25,645 bases of DNA, from the IMG/VR virus record IMGVR_UViG_3300044951_000026, positions 1 to 25,645 of that record; one strand, 5' to 3'. Below, one piece after another: positions 9,646 through 17,564 of the stretch (the first letter of the stretch is position 1; every line of letters starts with the position of its first letter). Both the position numbers and the translations under genes were made by a program. A model generated the notes under the pieces. The model saw nothing but the letters and a program-made list of their open reading frames with translations, had not been told where the DNA came from and searched no databases. The DNA comes from a virus. Taxonomy: Duplodnaviria; Caudoviricetes.

Positions 9646-10143
9646 CTATGTAATTTCTACCCAAGAAGATGTGTAGAAATCAAGTGTATATTCTTTGCCA
9701 TCATTAGGCTTTTGAGGTTTGTCAACCCAACCATTATTAGCACCACTCCAAATTACTTCTCTGTCTGTTGGACGGGGAATTGGCGGCTCATACATGACAG
9801 TTTCTTCATTAAAAACCCATGCAGAAAAATTGTCTCTTTGCGGAAGTTTTGCCCAAGCTGTTTTATAAACATTTATTTCATTTTGTTTTGCCGCTTGATC
9901 TTTTGTTGCTTTTTCTTCCGCAGTCATTTCTCGCTTGTGCCATACGTCAGTCCAAACCCCATTTACTATTTCATAAGTGGGTTTATCTTGTGTAAAAAAT
10001 TCAAACTCACCCAAAACTGGACGTTCAACTCGCACAAATGGCTTCCAATTTTCTGGAATGCAATCAAACGCTTGAAGAATATTATCTTCTGTAGCAGGGT
10101 GATTTTTGGGTACACCGTTTTCAGTTTCAATATAAAGATTCAT
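9646..10143 (-). CDS. Putative tail-fibre assembly/accessory protein, 165 aa
   Basis: Directly downstream of the Gly-rich fibre gene; Trp/Pro-rich motifs (NGVWTDVW, SAWVFNEETVMYEPPIPRPTD, KPNDGKEY...W) typical of fibre-associated proteins. Confidence 0.55.
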   Translation of the reverse strand: MNLYIETENGVPKNHPATEDNILQAFDCIPENWKPFVRVERPVLGEFEFFTQDKPTYEIVNGVWTDVWHKREMTAEEKATKDQAAKQNEINVYKTAWAKLPQRDNFSAWVFNEETVMYEPPIPRPTDREVIWSGANNGWVDKPQKPNDGKEYTLDFYTSSWVEIT

Positions 10144-10155
10144 GGTGACTCTTAA

Positions 10156-11100
10156 TTAAACATCGTTGGTACAAGTTGAGGGATATGCGCGAGTCGTGCC
10201 GGGCCAAATAATACGAACTGCGCCACCGCCACCAGTTCCAGCGGGTTTTGAAGATGGGCTTACACCGCCCTGAACACTACCACCGCCACCGCCACCGCCA
10301 TATATTGCCCCTGCTGATCCACCCGTGTTACTAGAGCTTCCAGCGTTCGAGCCACCATAAACACCACCACCGCCAGTTATTAGACCGCCACCAGTTCCAG
10401 CGCTATCGCAATATGGTGAAAGTGAGCCATAAACATTTGATCCACCACCACCAGCACCGCCACGGTAGGTGCTACCACATCCACCACCGCCACCGCCGCC
10501 AGCGCCGCCTGTTTTCGTTTGTCCATTACCTGTGGAGTCAGTTTGACCAGAAGTTCCACCATTACCGCCAATAGAGCAATAACCAGCCGCACCACCGCCA
10601 CCACCACCAGATTGTGATGGATAAGTTGCAAAAGAACTTGCTACCGCACCAAATCCACCCATACCACCTGAATATCCCGTGCCTATTCCTACATTACCGC
10701 CAGTTCCTCGACCACCGCACACACCGGGGCTACCACTACTTGCCGCAACAAAACAAGCAAAAGATGAACTTGGCATTCCTGATGTATTGCCGGGCTGAAC
10801 AGTAACCGTATAGGAAGTGCCGGGGCTAACTGTAATGTTGTTTGCATAAGCTAAAGCACCACCGCCACCACCGCCACCGCCTACGCTGTATCTACAAACA
10901 CCTCCAGAACAGGGGCAAGTAATTGTAAATGTACGACCATTTGCGCCCGGTGCGCCAGCACCAAGTGCAACCGCAGAAACTGAAGTTACGCCAGCAGGGG
11001 CAACCCAAGAATATGTGCCAGACGATAAATAAACTTGCTGGCCCGGGGGTGAACCAAAAGAACGTAAATTTTGATAAACAGCTTGTAATGCGCCACTCAT
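10156..11100 (-). CDS. Glycine/cysteine-rich fibre tip or adhesin, ~314 aa
   Basis: Start moved to ATG 11100 (ATGA overlap with the upstream stop at 11097-11099). SGTYSWVAPAGVTSVSAVALGAG...GGGGGALAY...GGGGAVRIIW is the common phage Gly-rich domain. Confidence 0.75.
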   Translation of the reverse strand: MSGALQAVYQNLRSFGSPPGQQVYLSSGTYSWVAPAGVTSVSAVALGAGAPGANGRTFTITCPCSGGVCRYSVGGGGGGGGALAYANNITVSPGTSYTVTVQPGNTSGMPSSSFACFVAASSGSPGVCGGRGTGGNVGIGTGYSGGMGGFGAVASSFATYPSQSGGGGGGAAGYCSIGGNGGTSGQTDSTGNGQTKTGGAGGGGGGGCGSTYRGGAGGGGSNVYGSLSPYCDSAGTGGGLITGGGGVYGGSNAGSSSNTGGSAGAIYGGGGGGGSVQGGVSPSSKPAGTGGGGAVRIIWPGTTRAYPSTCTNDV

Positions 11101-11651
11101 GTCAAACCACTCCCTGAAATTAACCAAGTTGTTGAAGTCATTTTGATTGCTGTTGCTGACCCATATTGGGCTAAAGTGCGTGAGCCTGTTGTGCCAGCAG
11201 AAGATAAATACATTGTGTCAGTTGTAATCGCAATTGTCACCGCTTGGCTTGTCATGTTAATAAATGTCAAGGCAGTTCCAATTGGGTAAGCAACAGAACT
11301 GTTAGCGGGAATTGTAAAAGTTCTTGCGTTTGCATCAGTTGATGGGTGAAAAATTACTTTTCCTGAGTCTGCCAATACTGCCGTATATGCCGCGCTTTGA
11401 CTGTTAAAAGGAATATTTAAAAAACCTACAGGGTTTGTTCCATCAACGGTGCAAGCTGAAAGAATGCCTGATGCTGGCGTACCTAATGCTGGTGCGGCAG
11501 AGAAAGAAAGTGTGCCGCTACCATTAGTTACCAAAGGTTGACCGCTAGAGCCATCAGCAGAGGGTAATGTAAAAGTTGTTGTGGACGCAGTATTAGGGCC
11601 AGCCAAATTGACCGCACCGCCTAATGTCGCTTGAAAAGTTAACTGTCCCAT
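11097..11651 (-). CDS. Tail/capsid fibre subunit, 184 aa
   Basis: TFTLPSADGSSGQPLVTNGSGTLSF fibre-shaft motif followed by NSQSAAYTAVLADSGK...FTIPANSSVAYPIGT...WLISG knob-like domain; AAGGA RBS. Confidence 0.7.
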   Translation of the reverse strand: MGQLTFQATLGGAVNLAGPNTASTTTFTLPSADGSSGQPLVTNGSGTLSFSAAPALGTPASGILSACTVDGTNPVGFLNIPFNSQSAAYTAVLADSGKVIFHPSTDANARTFTIPANSSVAYPIGTALTFINMTSQAVTIAITTDTMYLSSAGTTGSRTLAQYGSATAIKMTSTTWLISGSGLT

Positions 11652-11660
11652 GATTTTCCT

Positions 11661-13520
11661 TTACGGTGCAATGATTAGCTGATTGGCGGTAAAAGCGCCT
11701 GTGCTTGGGTTAAATTGTAGTTTGGTAGAACTTACATTCTGCGTTGAAACTGTGCCTGTTGTTGCACTTGTAAACAACAAATAACGTGTGGCATTTGTTG
11801 AAGTATCGTCAGCAATCGTAATACCAGCCGCAGGGGTTGCCCAAATAGCGGCTGAACCAACACCTTTGGAAGTTAAAACTTGTCCATCAGTACCAACAGA
11901 ACCATTTACAGAAACAGTAGATGTGGCTGACAAAGTGGTAAACGCACCCGCTAACGGGGTTGAGCCACCAATGGCCATGTTGTTCATTGTTCCAGCAGTT
12001 GCAGGGTTGACCGTCAAAGTTCCTGTGCCTGTTGGGGAAATCTGAATGGTTGCGTTGGCGGGATTCATGTTAAATGCGCCATCAAGCGTCAAGTTAACAC
12101 CACCGCCAGCACCCCATTGCAAAACAGCGGCTGAACTAGAAGTTCTTAAAGCACCACCGCCTGATCCTGACGCATCAAAATTAGTACCAACAAACTTTGT
12201 GTTTGCCGTGATGGTTGTGCCTGTAATCGTGTTGGCAGTTGTTCCACCAATAGCAGGGGGCGCTGACAAATCAAGCGTTCCACCAAGCGTTAAATTGCCT
12301 GTGCTTGTTACAGTTCCCGACAAGCTGATGCCAGATACCGTACCCGTACCGCTGACAGAAGTCACCGTTCCTGTTGTGGGTGTTGCCCATGATGGAATGC
12401 CACTTGCCAAAGTCAAAACTTGACCGTTTGAGCCAGCCGCCAACAACGCTGTGGTTGATGATGCGCTTTGGTAAGGGACAGAGCCAGCCGCACCACCAGC
12501 AAGGTTTGTAGCCGTTGTAGCGCTTGTGGCTGTGGCGGCATTGCCACCAATGGATAAACTCGTTGCAGTACCCGTTAAGCCCGTTCCAGCGCCTGTAAAC
12601 TGCGTGTTGGCTGTGATGGTTGTCCCTGTGACAGCCGCGGCAGTAGAGCCGCCAATTGTTGTACCGTTAATTGAGCCACCCGTAATCGCTACGTTTGAAG
12701 CGTCTTGAGTGGACATTGTTCCCAAGCCTGAGACTTGAGTGTTTGCAATCGCAATGTTAGTTTCGGCTAACACAGTCAATTGACCTTGTGCGTTGACAGT
12801 TGCGGTCAGGGTCTTAGATGCTGACCCGTAAGCCGCGGCAGTTACACCCGTGTTGGTGATGCTAAAAACGTAGTCAGTAAGGGTCAATCCTGTGCCAGCG
12901 GTATATGTTGCGGCAACAGAAAAGTTTGACCATGTGATTGCGGTTGTGCCAATTGTCCCGCCCGGCTGAATCGTGCAATACCACGCAGACCCTGCCAAAG
13001 TGCTTCCAGACTCAACAAACACCAAAGCTGAAATCAATTCATTCCATGTGTCAGCGTCAGGCGCTCTTGACCATGCCGTAGCAGAAGCCAAATAAATGCC
13101 GTTTTGTGATGTGGTAGTTTGGTTTTTAACCAAAACTCTATTGCCAGCAACAACAGTCACGCCATCAATTGTTTGCAATCCAGACAATGTAATGTTTGCG
13201 GTTGTTCCACAACGAACTGGTTGTTTCCAAGAAATGCCAGCCGCATAAAAATCAAGATATGTTTTGTTAACAACATCATTTCCGCTTACAGGGGCTGTTG
13301 AGACTGATGCAGTCGTGAAAGCCGCTGATGATGGTGTTGTAGCCCCAATAGTCGTGCTATTGATGGTGCTATTAGTTATGTTTAGACCAGATTGGCTTGG
13401 GCTAATCGTTGCGTAAAACGGTTGACCCTGACCAATGAATGTCTGAAAAGTGCCATCAACAGCAAAATAAGCCTGAACAGGCAATAAATTCTGAACGTCT
13501 GAATTTGATGGGCTTGTCAT
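11661..13520 (-). CDS. Long Thr/Gly/Ala/Ser-rich fibre protein (COG5301-like head-decoration/fibre domain), 619 aa
   Basis: WKQPVRCGTTANITLSGLQTIDGVTVVAGNRVLVKNQTTTSQNGIY...WSRAPDAD domain, several GQVLT shaft motifs, repeated (I/M)NxxxIGGxT units, C-terminal SSTKLQFNPSTG. Confidence 0.8.
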   Translation of the reverse strand: MTSPSNSDVQNLLPVQAYFAVDGTFQTFIGQGQPFYATISPSQSGLNITNSTINSTTIGATTPSSAAFTTASVSTAPVSGNDVVNKTYLDFYAAGISWKQPVRCGTTANITLSGLQTIDGVTVVAGNRVLVKNQTTTSQNGIYLASATAWSRAPDADTWNELISALVFVESGSTLAGSAWYCTIQPGGTIGTTAITWSNFSVAATYTAGTGLTLTDYVFSITNTGVTAAAYGSASKTLTATVNAQGQLTVLAETNIAIANTQVSGLGTMSTQDASNVAITGGSINGTTIGGSTAAAVTGTTITANTQFTGAGTGLTGTATSLSIGGNAATATSATTATNLAGGAAGSVPYQSASSTTALLAAGSNGQVLTLASGIPSWATPTTGTVTSVSGTGTVSGISLSGTVTSTGNLTLGGTLDLSAPPAIGGTTANTITGTTITANTKFVGTNFDASGSGGGALRTSSSAAVLQWGAGGGVNLTLDGAFNMNPANATIQISPTGTGTLTVNPATAGTMNNMAIGGSTPLAGAFTTLSATSTVSVNGSVGTDGQVLTSKGVGSAAIWATPAAGITIADDTSTNATRYLLFTSATTGTVSTQNVSSTKLQFNPSTGAFTANQLIIAP

Positions 13521-13523
13521 GGT

Positions 13524-14066
13524 TTATGCACCGTGAATGATTGCGTAATTGATCACGATGGCTTCAGCCAAAGGACTAGCAGTATTGTTGTAAACACCAA
13601 TTACGGCAGTTCCAGCGGCTACGTTGGCCACATAAGGCCAGTAAGCGCCTGATGTGCCGCCACTACCCACATTCACAATCAAAACGTCTTTGGCAGACAG
13701 AGTGCTGTTTGTCAAAGTAAACAGAACCGTTGTGCCAGCCGCCAATGAAGCGGCATTCATGGTGATTTGACCACTAGACTTATTCAAAGTCACGCCAGTT
13801 GATTTACTTGTGGCTTGGGTAACAGTTCCTTGAGCAGAAGCGTTATAGCCAATTTCGCTTGAGGCAAGAACAGTTGTTCCCGTCACAGCCGCAGGGGTTG
13901 TGCCGCCAATGACGGTGTTATCAATGGTTGAACCAGTTAAAGGGGGGCTGAAGTAAGCCCCGCCCGGCCCAACTAAACCCACGCAAACGCCAGCCGTATT
14001 GAACTCAGCTTGTACAGGGACAATATTTGTAGATGATGTGCTTGCAACAGAATTAGCGCTTGACAT
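13524..14066 (-). CDS. Short fibre/decoration protein, 180 aa
   Basis: GTVTQATSKSTGVTLNKSSGQITMNAASLAA...FTLTNS beta-rich domain; N-terminus similar to the 619-aa fibre; AAGGA RBS. Confidence 0.7.
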   Translation of the reverse strand: MSSANSVASTSSTNIVPVQAEFNTAGVCVGLVGPGGAYFSPPLTGSTIDNTVIGGTTPAAVTGTTVLASSEIGYNASAQGTVTQATSKSTGVTLNKSSGQITMNAASLAAGTTVLFTLTNSTLSAKDVLIVNVGSGGTSGAYWPYVANVAAGTAVIGVYNNTASPLAEAIVINYAIIHGA

Positions 14067-14077
14067 GGGTTTTTCCT

Positions 14078-14425
14078 TTAGGTTTGATCGCCTACGGGGG
14101 TCACATAAACGATTGATGGGCCAGAGGCTGAACCAATCATGCGGACGTAATAAGGGCTTGCGGGTACTGCCAAGACAATTGGAACTGTCATTGAGGCGGG
14201 TAACACAAAGTTCCCTGTGGTTGAACCGCTTACAGGCAAGACAGCCGCGGCCACGTTAGCATCGCCAAGGCTGACAGCAACATAGGTAGCACCCGTGTTG
14301 ATGAAAGAAGCGTAGTTAACTTGATCGTTGGTGCTTGCAGTAATCAGCGTTGCGGCAGTAGAAGTCGCGCCCACCGATATGGCGGTTGTAACTCCTACAG
14401 GACGTAAGACCGTAGTATTAGACAT
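14078..14425 (-). CDS. Putative virion structural protein, 115 aa
   Basis: Beta-rich V/T/A composition; located in the capsid-to-tail block. Confidence 0.6.
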   Translation of the reverse strand: MSNTTVLRPVGVTTAISVGATSTAATLITASTNDQVNYASFINTGATYVAVSLGDANVAAAVLPVSGSTTGNFVLPASMTVPIVLAVPASPYYVRMIGSASGPSIVYVTPVGDQT

Positions 14426-14427
14426 GA

Positions 14428-14754
14428 TTAAACAGCGTTTGAATCAAGGGGCAAATACTCAGGACGATCAACCACAACGGTGTAATCACCAGCCGCGGCA
14501 GAAGCGCTAGAGCCTGTTGCATTGATAAACTGAACAATCAAAGTATCAGCCGCAGAAACATAAGCATTTGCAACAGCAACGCCAGTTGTTTGAGCCGCGG
14601 GTAGAGTGACTTGAACTGCATCACCAACCTTGAGGCCAGCAACGGTAACAGTCTTAGATGCGCCAGAAGTGGCAACGGTTGTGGCTGTAAAAGTCACACC
14701 CATAACGAATGCGTTAGATATGTTTCCACGCAAAATTGTCGTTTGGAGAGCCAT
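14428..14754 (-). CDS. Putative capsid decoration protein, 108 aa
   Basis: AAAGGA RBS; TVTVAGLKVGDAV...AYVSAADTLIVQFINATG beta-sandwich pattern. Confidence 0.6.
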   Translation of the reverse strand: MALQTTILRGNISNAFVMGVTFTATTVATSGASKTVTVAGLKVGDAVQVTLPAAQTTGVAVANAYVSAADTLIVQFINATGSSASAAAGDYTVVVDRPEYLPLDSNAV

Positions 14755-14790
14755 GATGATTCCTTTAGAGAATGATTAAATTGTAACGCC

Positions 14791-14832
14791 AAATAAAGAA
14801 AAAGCCACCCCTTTTAAGAGTGGCTCTTTCTT
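14791..14832 (-). terminator. Rho-independent terminator after coat and first decoration gene
   Basis: Minus-strand RNA AGCCACUCU-UAAAA-GGGGUGGCU (stem includes G-U pairs) followed by UUUUCUUUAUUU. Confidence 0.85.
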
Positions 14833-14847
14833 ACATCACATCAGTAT

Positions 14848-15273
14848 TTAGCTGAATGTGCTGAAGTCGTAGCCATAGACATAGACATCCATTGTGGCGG
14901 CCGCGCCTTGTGCTGTACCAACATTCAAATACAGGTTTTGACCTGATTGAATGCCAGTAGCGGCAACGGTGCGTTGTGACACAACAGTTGAACTTGTCAA
15001 GGCTGACAAGGCGGCATTGGCAACAATTGCAGTACCACCAGCGCTAGGGGCTGTAAACAGACCAGCCGCGGCAGTTGACAATGAAATTGAAGCATTGGTG
15101 AAAACCACGTTGCTAACAGAGTAGTTTGTGGAATTGTTGATTGCGATAACCGCTTGATCACCCGTAGCGTTGACGCTCACACCAGTTGCAACGCCTAAAA
15201 GACGAATTGCTTGGTTAGAGGCCAAATTACTTGGGTGAATCGTTGTGGTACTTGATGGGCCGGGATTTGCCAT
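14848..15273 (-). CDS. Putative cement/decoration protein co-transcribed with the coat, 141 aa
   Basis: AAGGA RBS; lies between the coat gene and the terminator; beta-rich, ending in DVYVYG. Confidence 0.65.
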   Translation of the reverse strand: MANPGPSSTTTIHPSNLASNQAIRLLGVATGVSVNATGDQAVIAINNSTNYSVSNVVFTNASISLSTAAAGLFTAPSAGGTAIVANAALSALTSSTVVSQRTVAATGIQSGQNLYLNVGTAQGAAATMDVYVYGYDFSTFS

Positions 15274-15300
15274 GATATTTCCTTAAATTAAGTTAATGAC

Positions 15301-15319
15301 GGGGGGTGTTAAGCCCCCC
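15301..15319 (-). other. G6/C6 stem-loop just after the coat stop codon
   Basis: GGGGGG-CUUAACA-CCCCCC on the mRNA, 7 nt past the TAA, with no clean U-tract; likely an mRNA-stabilising or pausing hairpin. Confidence 0.6.
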
Positions 15320-15326
15320 ATGACCT

Positions 15327-16565
15327 TTAGGCCGCAACTCGGCAAGCGAGTTCAGGGTACAAAGGCGCCCAACCATACAAAACGTCCAAACGTGTGGGAA
15401 TGGAGTCATTGTTAATGGTGTACTGACGCACAACACGCATTGACAAACCAATTTCCTTATCGCTTGCACGACCAGCAAAATGCACACCTTCTGGCAATTC
15501 CAGATCGGCTACTGCAAGCGTAAACGCATTGCGGTGCATGATGATGTTTTGTGGGGAAACAGTACCCGTCTTGTTAAAGAACGTGATGGCGGCTGTTGAG
15601 CTAGTTGTTGGGATTGACACGTTCTGGAATTGACCAGCGGTAATCACAGCAGGGCTAACCACGACAGACATAGTGCCATCAGTAGCGGAAACGGCTTGCT
15701 TAACCACGAAATTACGCAGTTTGTTTGTGCCGTAGGCTTGACGATTCTGGGGGTTGACCGCAAAAACACCAGCGATTTGGAATACATCGCCAGCGTTAAG
15801 GGAAACCGTACCAGTAGCGGTCAAAGTGATGGTGCTAGATGATGCCCAACCAGAAGTCAAGAAACCAGTTCCTGTGGTTGTGTTCTCAACAGCAGTACCC
15901 GCAAATGAGCCAAAAGTTTGGCTTACCACGTTCTGATCCATCTTCCAGTTCATGCCAGCAGAGTCACGACCCATTAGACCTTTTTCGTACTGTGAACCAA
16001 TACGGTCATTAGGAACGAACAAACCCTTTAAGCTATCAACAATGGTTGCTGATGTGAAAGGCTCAACGATACATGATCTGCGGCCATCACGGGGTGCGCC
16101 TTCAGAGTCAAGGTAAGCGCCAGCAGTCAGATATGTGATCAAGCCTGTGGGCGGTGTTCCAGCAGTACCAACGATGTTGGCAGTTTGCAGGGTAGCCATT
16201 TGCATACCGTCACGGTCAATCTTGTTGGCAATAGCGGCAATAGCTGGCTTCAACACGCGGTCACTAAACATATCCAAGGACAAAGCCAAGTCTTGTGTTG
16301 TGAACTGTGTGTCAACGTGGAACTGTGTGGACAAAACAACGGGAACTGAAGTCTCGTTGAAATCTTCCACGTTCAGCGCGGGGCCAGTAGTACCGATGAA
16401 ACGACCGGGTCTGCGGACATTGACTGTGTTACCAATCTTTGCACCGACAACCGCGAATTGGTCATCATAGTTGCGGTCAACTTCGCTTGTGAAAGTCAAC
16501 TCATTTTCCAAGACCATCAACGCTTCGTTGGTGATCTTGCTTATCGTCAATAAATTATTAGCCAT
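15327..16565 (-). CDS. Major capsid protein (P22 gp5 coat family), 412 aa
   Basis: MANNLLTISKITNEALMVLENEL...KIGNTVNVRRP...FSDRVLKPA...RLDVLYGW are P22-coat family hallmarks; GGAG RBS; follows scaffold. Confidence 0.95.
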   Translation of the reverse strand: MANNLLTISKITNEALMVLENELTFTSEVDRNYDDQFAVVGAKIGNTVNVRRPGRFIGTTGPALNVEDFNETSVPVVLSTQFHVDTQFTTQDLALSLDMFSDRVLKPAIAAIANKIDRDGMQMATLQTANIVGTAGTPPTGLITYLTAGAYLDSEGAPRDGRRSCIVEPFTSATIVDSLKGLFVPNDRIGSQYEKGLMGRDSAGMNWKMDQNVVSQTFGSFAGTAVENTTTGTGFLTSGWASSSTITLTATGTVSLNAGDVFQIAGVFAVNPQNRQAYGTNKLRNFVVKQAVSATDGTMSVVVSPAVITAGQFQNVSIPTTSSTAAITFFNKTGTVSPQNIIMHRNAFTLAVADLELPEGVHFAGRASDKEIGLSMRVVRQYTINNDSIPTRLDVLYGWAPLYPELACRVAA

Positions 16566-16589
16566 TTTTAAACTCCAAAAAGATTAGGT

Positions 16590-17489
16590 TTACCGAATTT
16601 TCCCCGATTTTCTGGCGGCTTTCCAAGCCTGATATGAACCATGAAATTCGCCATCAGCGGAAATCGGTACATCAGCCTTGCCTTGCCCACCACGAATCGG
16701 TTGAATCGGTGTTGGTGCTTTACTTCTAACAACAGGGGCTGTCGGCTTAGTTTCAGGATTAACCTCAAACTTTGCTTCCAATTTACCTATCTCTCTAAGC
16801 GCGGCATTTGGACTCAAGCTGGCGATTTTTTTGGCTAGGTCATTGTTTTCAGCTAGGTGATACAGGATTTTAGGCCCAACATCACTCTCCAGAATTGCAT
16901 CCCTGACTGCGTTGTTTACAACTACGTCACTAGATGCGACCAAATCATCAAAATCGGGCAATTCGGCTTTCGCTTCCTGAACCTTCTGCGCCCAAGATTG
17001 GATAATCTTTTGTTGCGCTTCCTGTTCTTTCTGCTGTGCCATTTGCCTATCACGTTCAGCTAACGCTTTTTCTGTCGAATACTCAGCTAGAGCCTTCGCA
17101 TACTCAAACGCATCGTTGAACTGGCTCGGTTGTGGCTCTTGATCAACATTAACTGCCTGTTGAGGCTGTCTCTGCTGTTCTAGTGCCGCCAAACGCTGTT
17201 CTAGTTCTACCCTAGCTTGACGCTCTGTTTGCGCTTCTTTTCGCGCTTCCTCACGTTGCTTGGTTATCTCTGAAAACCGCTTTTCAAGTTTAGGATTTTG
17301 CTTGCGCTCACCCTCTTGGTTTGCTTCCTTTTCTGCCTCTTTCGGCTCACTCTGATCATCTTCGGCTACTGGCTCGGTTTCTTCAACCGCCTCAGTCTCC
17401 GCTGGAGATTCAGCTAAACCTAATCTGTTTGCATAAAATTCTGCCGCATTCTCGCTTGTCAATACTTGACTTGCTTCTTTTTCGGACAT
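16590..17489 (-). CDS. Capsid scaffolding protein, 299 aa
   Basis: Acidic N-terminus, coiled coil (KRFSEITKQREEAR), GPKILYHLAEN, KAPTPIQPI, basic C-terminal helix; sits between portal and coat. Confidence 0.88.
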   Translation of the reverse strand: MSEKEASQVLTSENAAEFYANRLGLAESPAETEAVEETEPVAEDDQSEPKEAEKEANQEGERKQNPKLEKRFSEITKQREEARKEAQTERQARVELEQRLAALEQQRQPQQAVNVDQEPQPSQFNDAFEYAKALAEYSTEKALAERDRQMAQQKEQEAQQKIIQSWAQKVQEAKAELPDFDDLVASSDVVVNNAVRDAILESDVGPKILYHLAENNDLAKKIASLSPNAALREIGKLEAKFEVNPETKPTAPVVRSKAPTPIQPIRGGQGKADVPISADGEFHGSYQAWKAARKSGKIR

Positions 17490-17509
17490 ACGTTTCCCAA
17501 CGATTTAAC

Positions 17510-17549
17510 CCCATGTGCCTCACGGGTAAGGTTTAGTGGTTTTTACCAC
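17510..17549 (-). promoter_or_regulatory. Two hairpins in the scaffold 5' leader
   Basis: mRNA GUGGU-AAAA-ACCAC (17549-17536) and CCCGUG-AGGCA-CAUGGG (17526-17510), about 20 nt upstream of the ATG. Confidence 0.5.
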
Positions 17550-17564
17550 ATATTCTTTATAAAA

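Noticed and set aside
10270-10880. CCACCGCCA-type repeats as a CRISPR or DNA repeat array
   Set aside because: They are Gly codon runs within the Gly-rich gene, with no regular repeat-spacer structure.
11101-11127. Longer start for the Gly-rich gene (MVNFREWFD...)
   Set aside because: Lies inside the upstream gene; the ATGA-coupled ATG at 11100 is more plausible.
10156-13520. Diversity-generating retroelement target in the fibre genes
   Set aside because: No reverse transcriptase and no template/variable repeat pair differing at adenines was seen in the window.
15274-15330. Readthrough or frameshift fusing the coat to the 141-aa protein via the G6/C6 hairpin
   Set aside because: In-frame readthrough meets another TAA after five codons, the alternate frame in the track ends at 15293, and no slippery heptamer is evident at the coat C-terminus.
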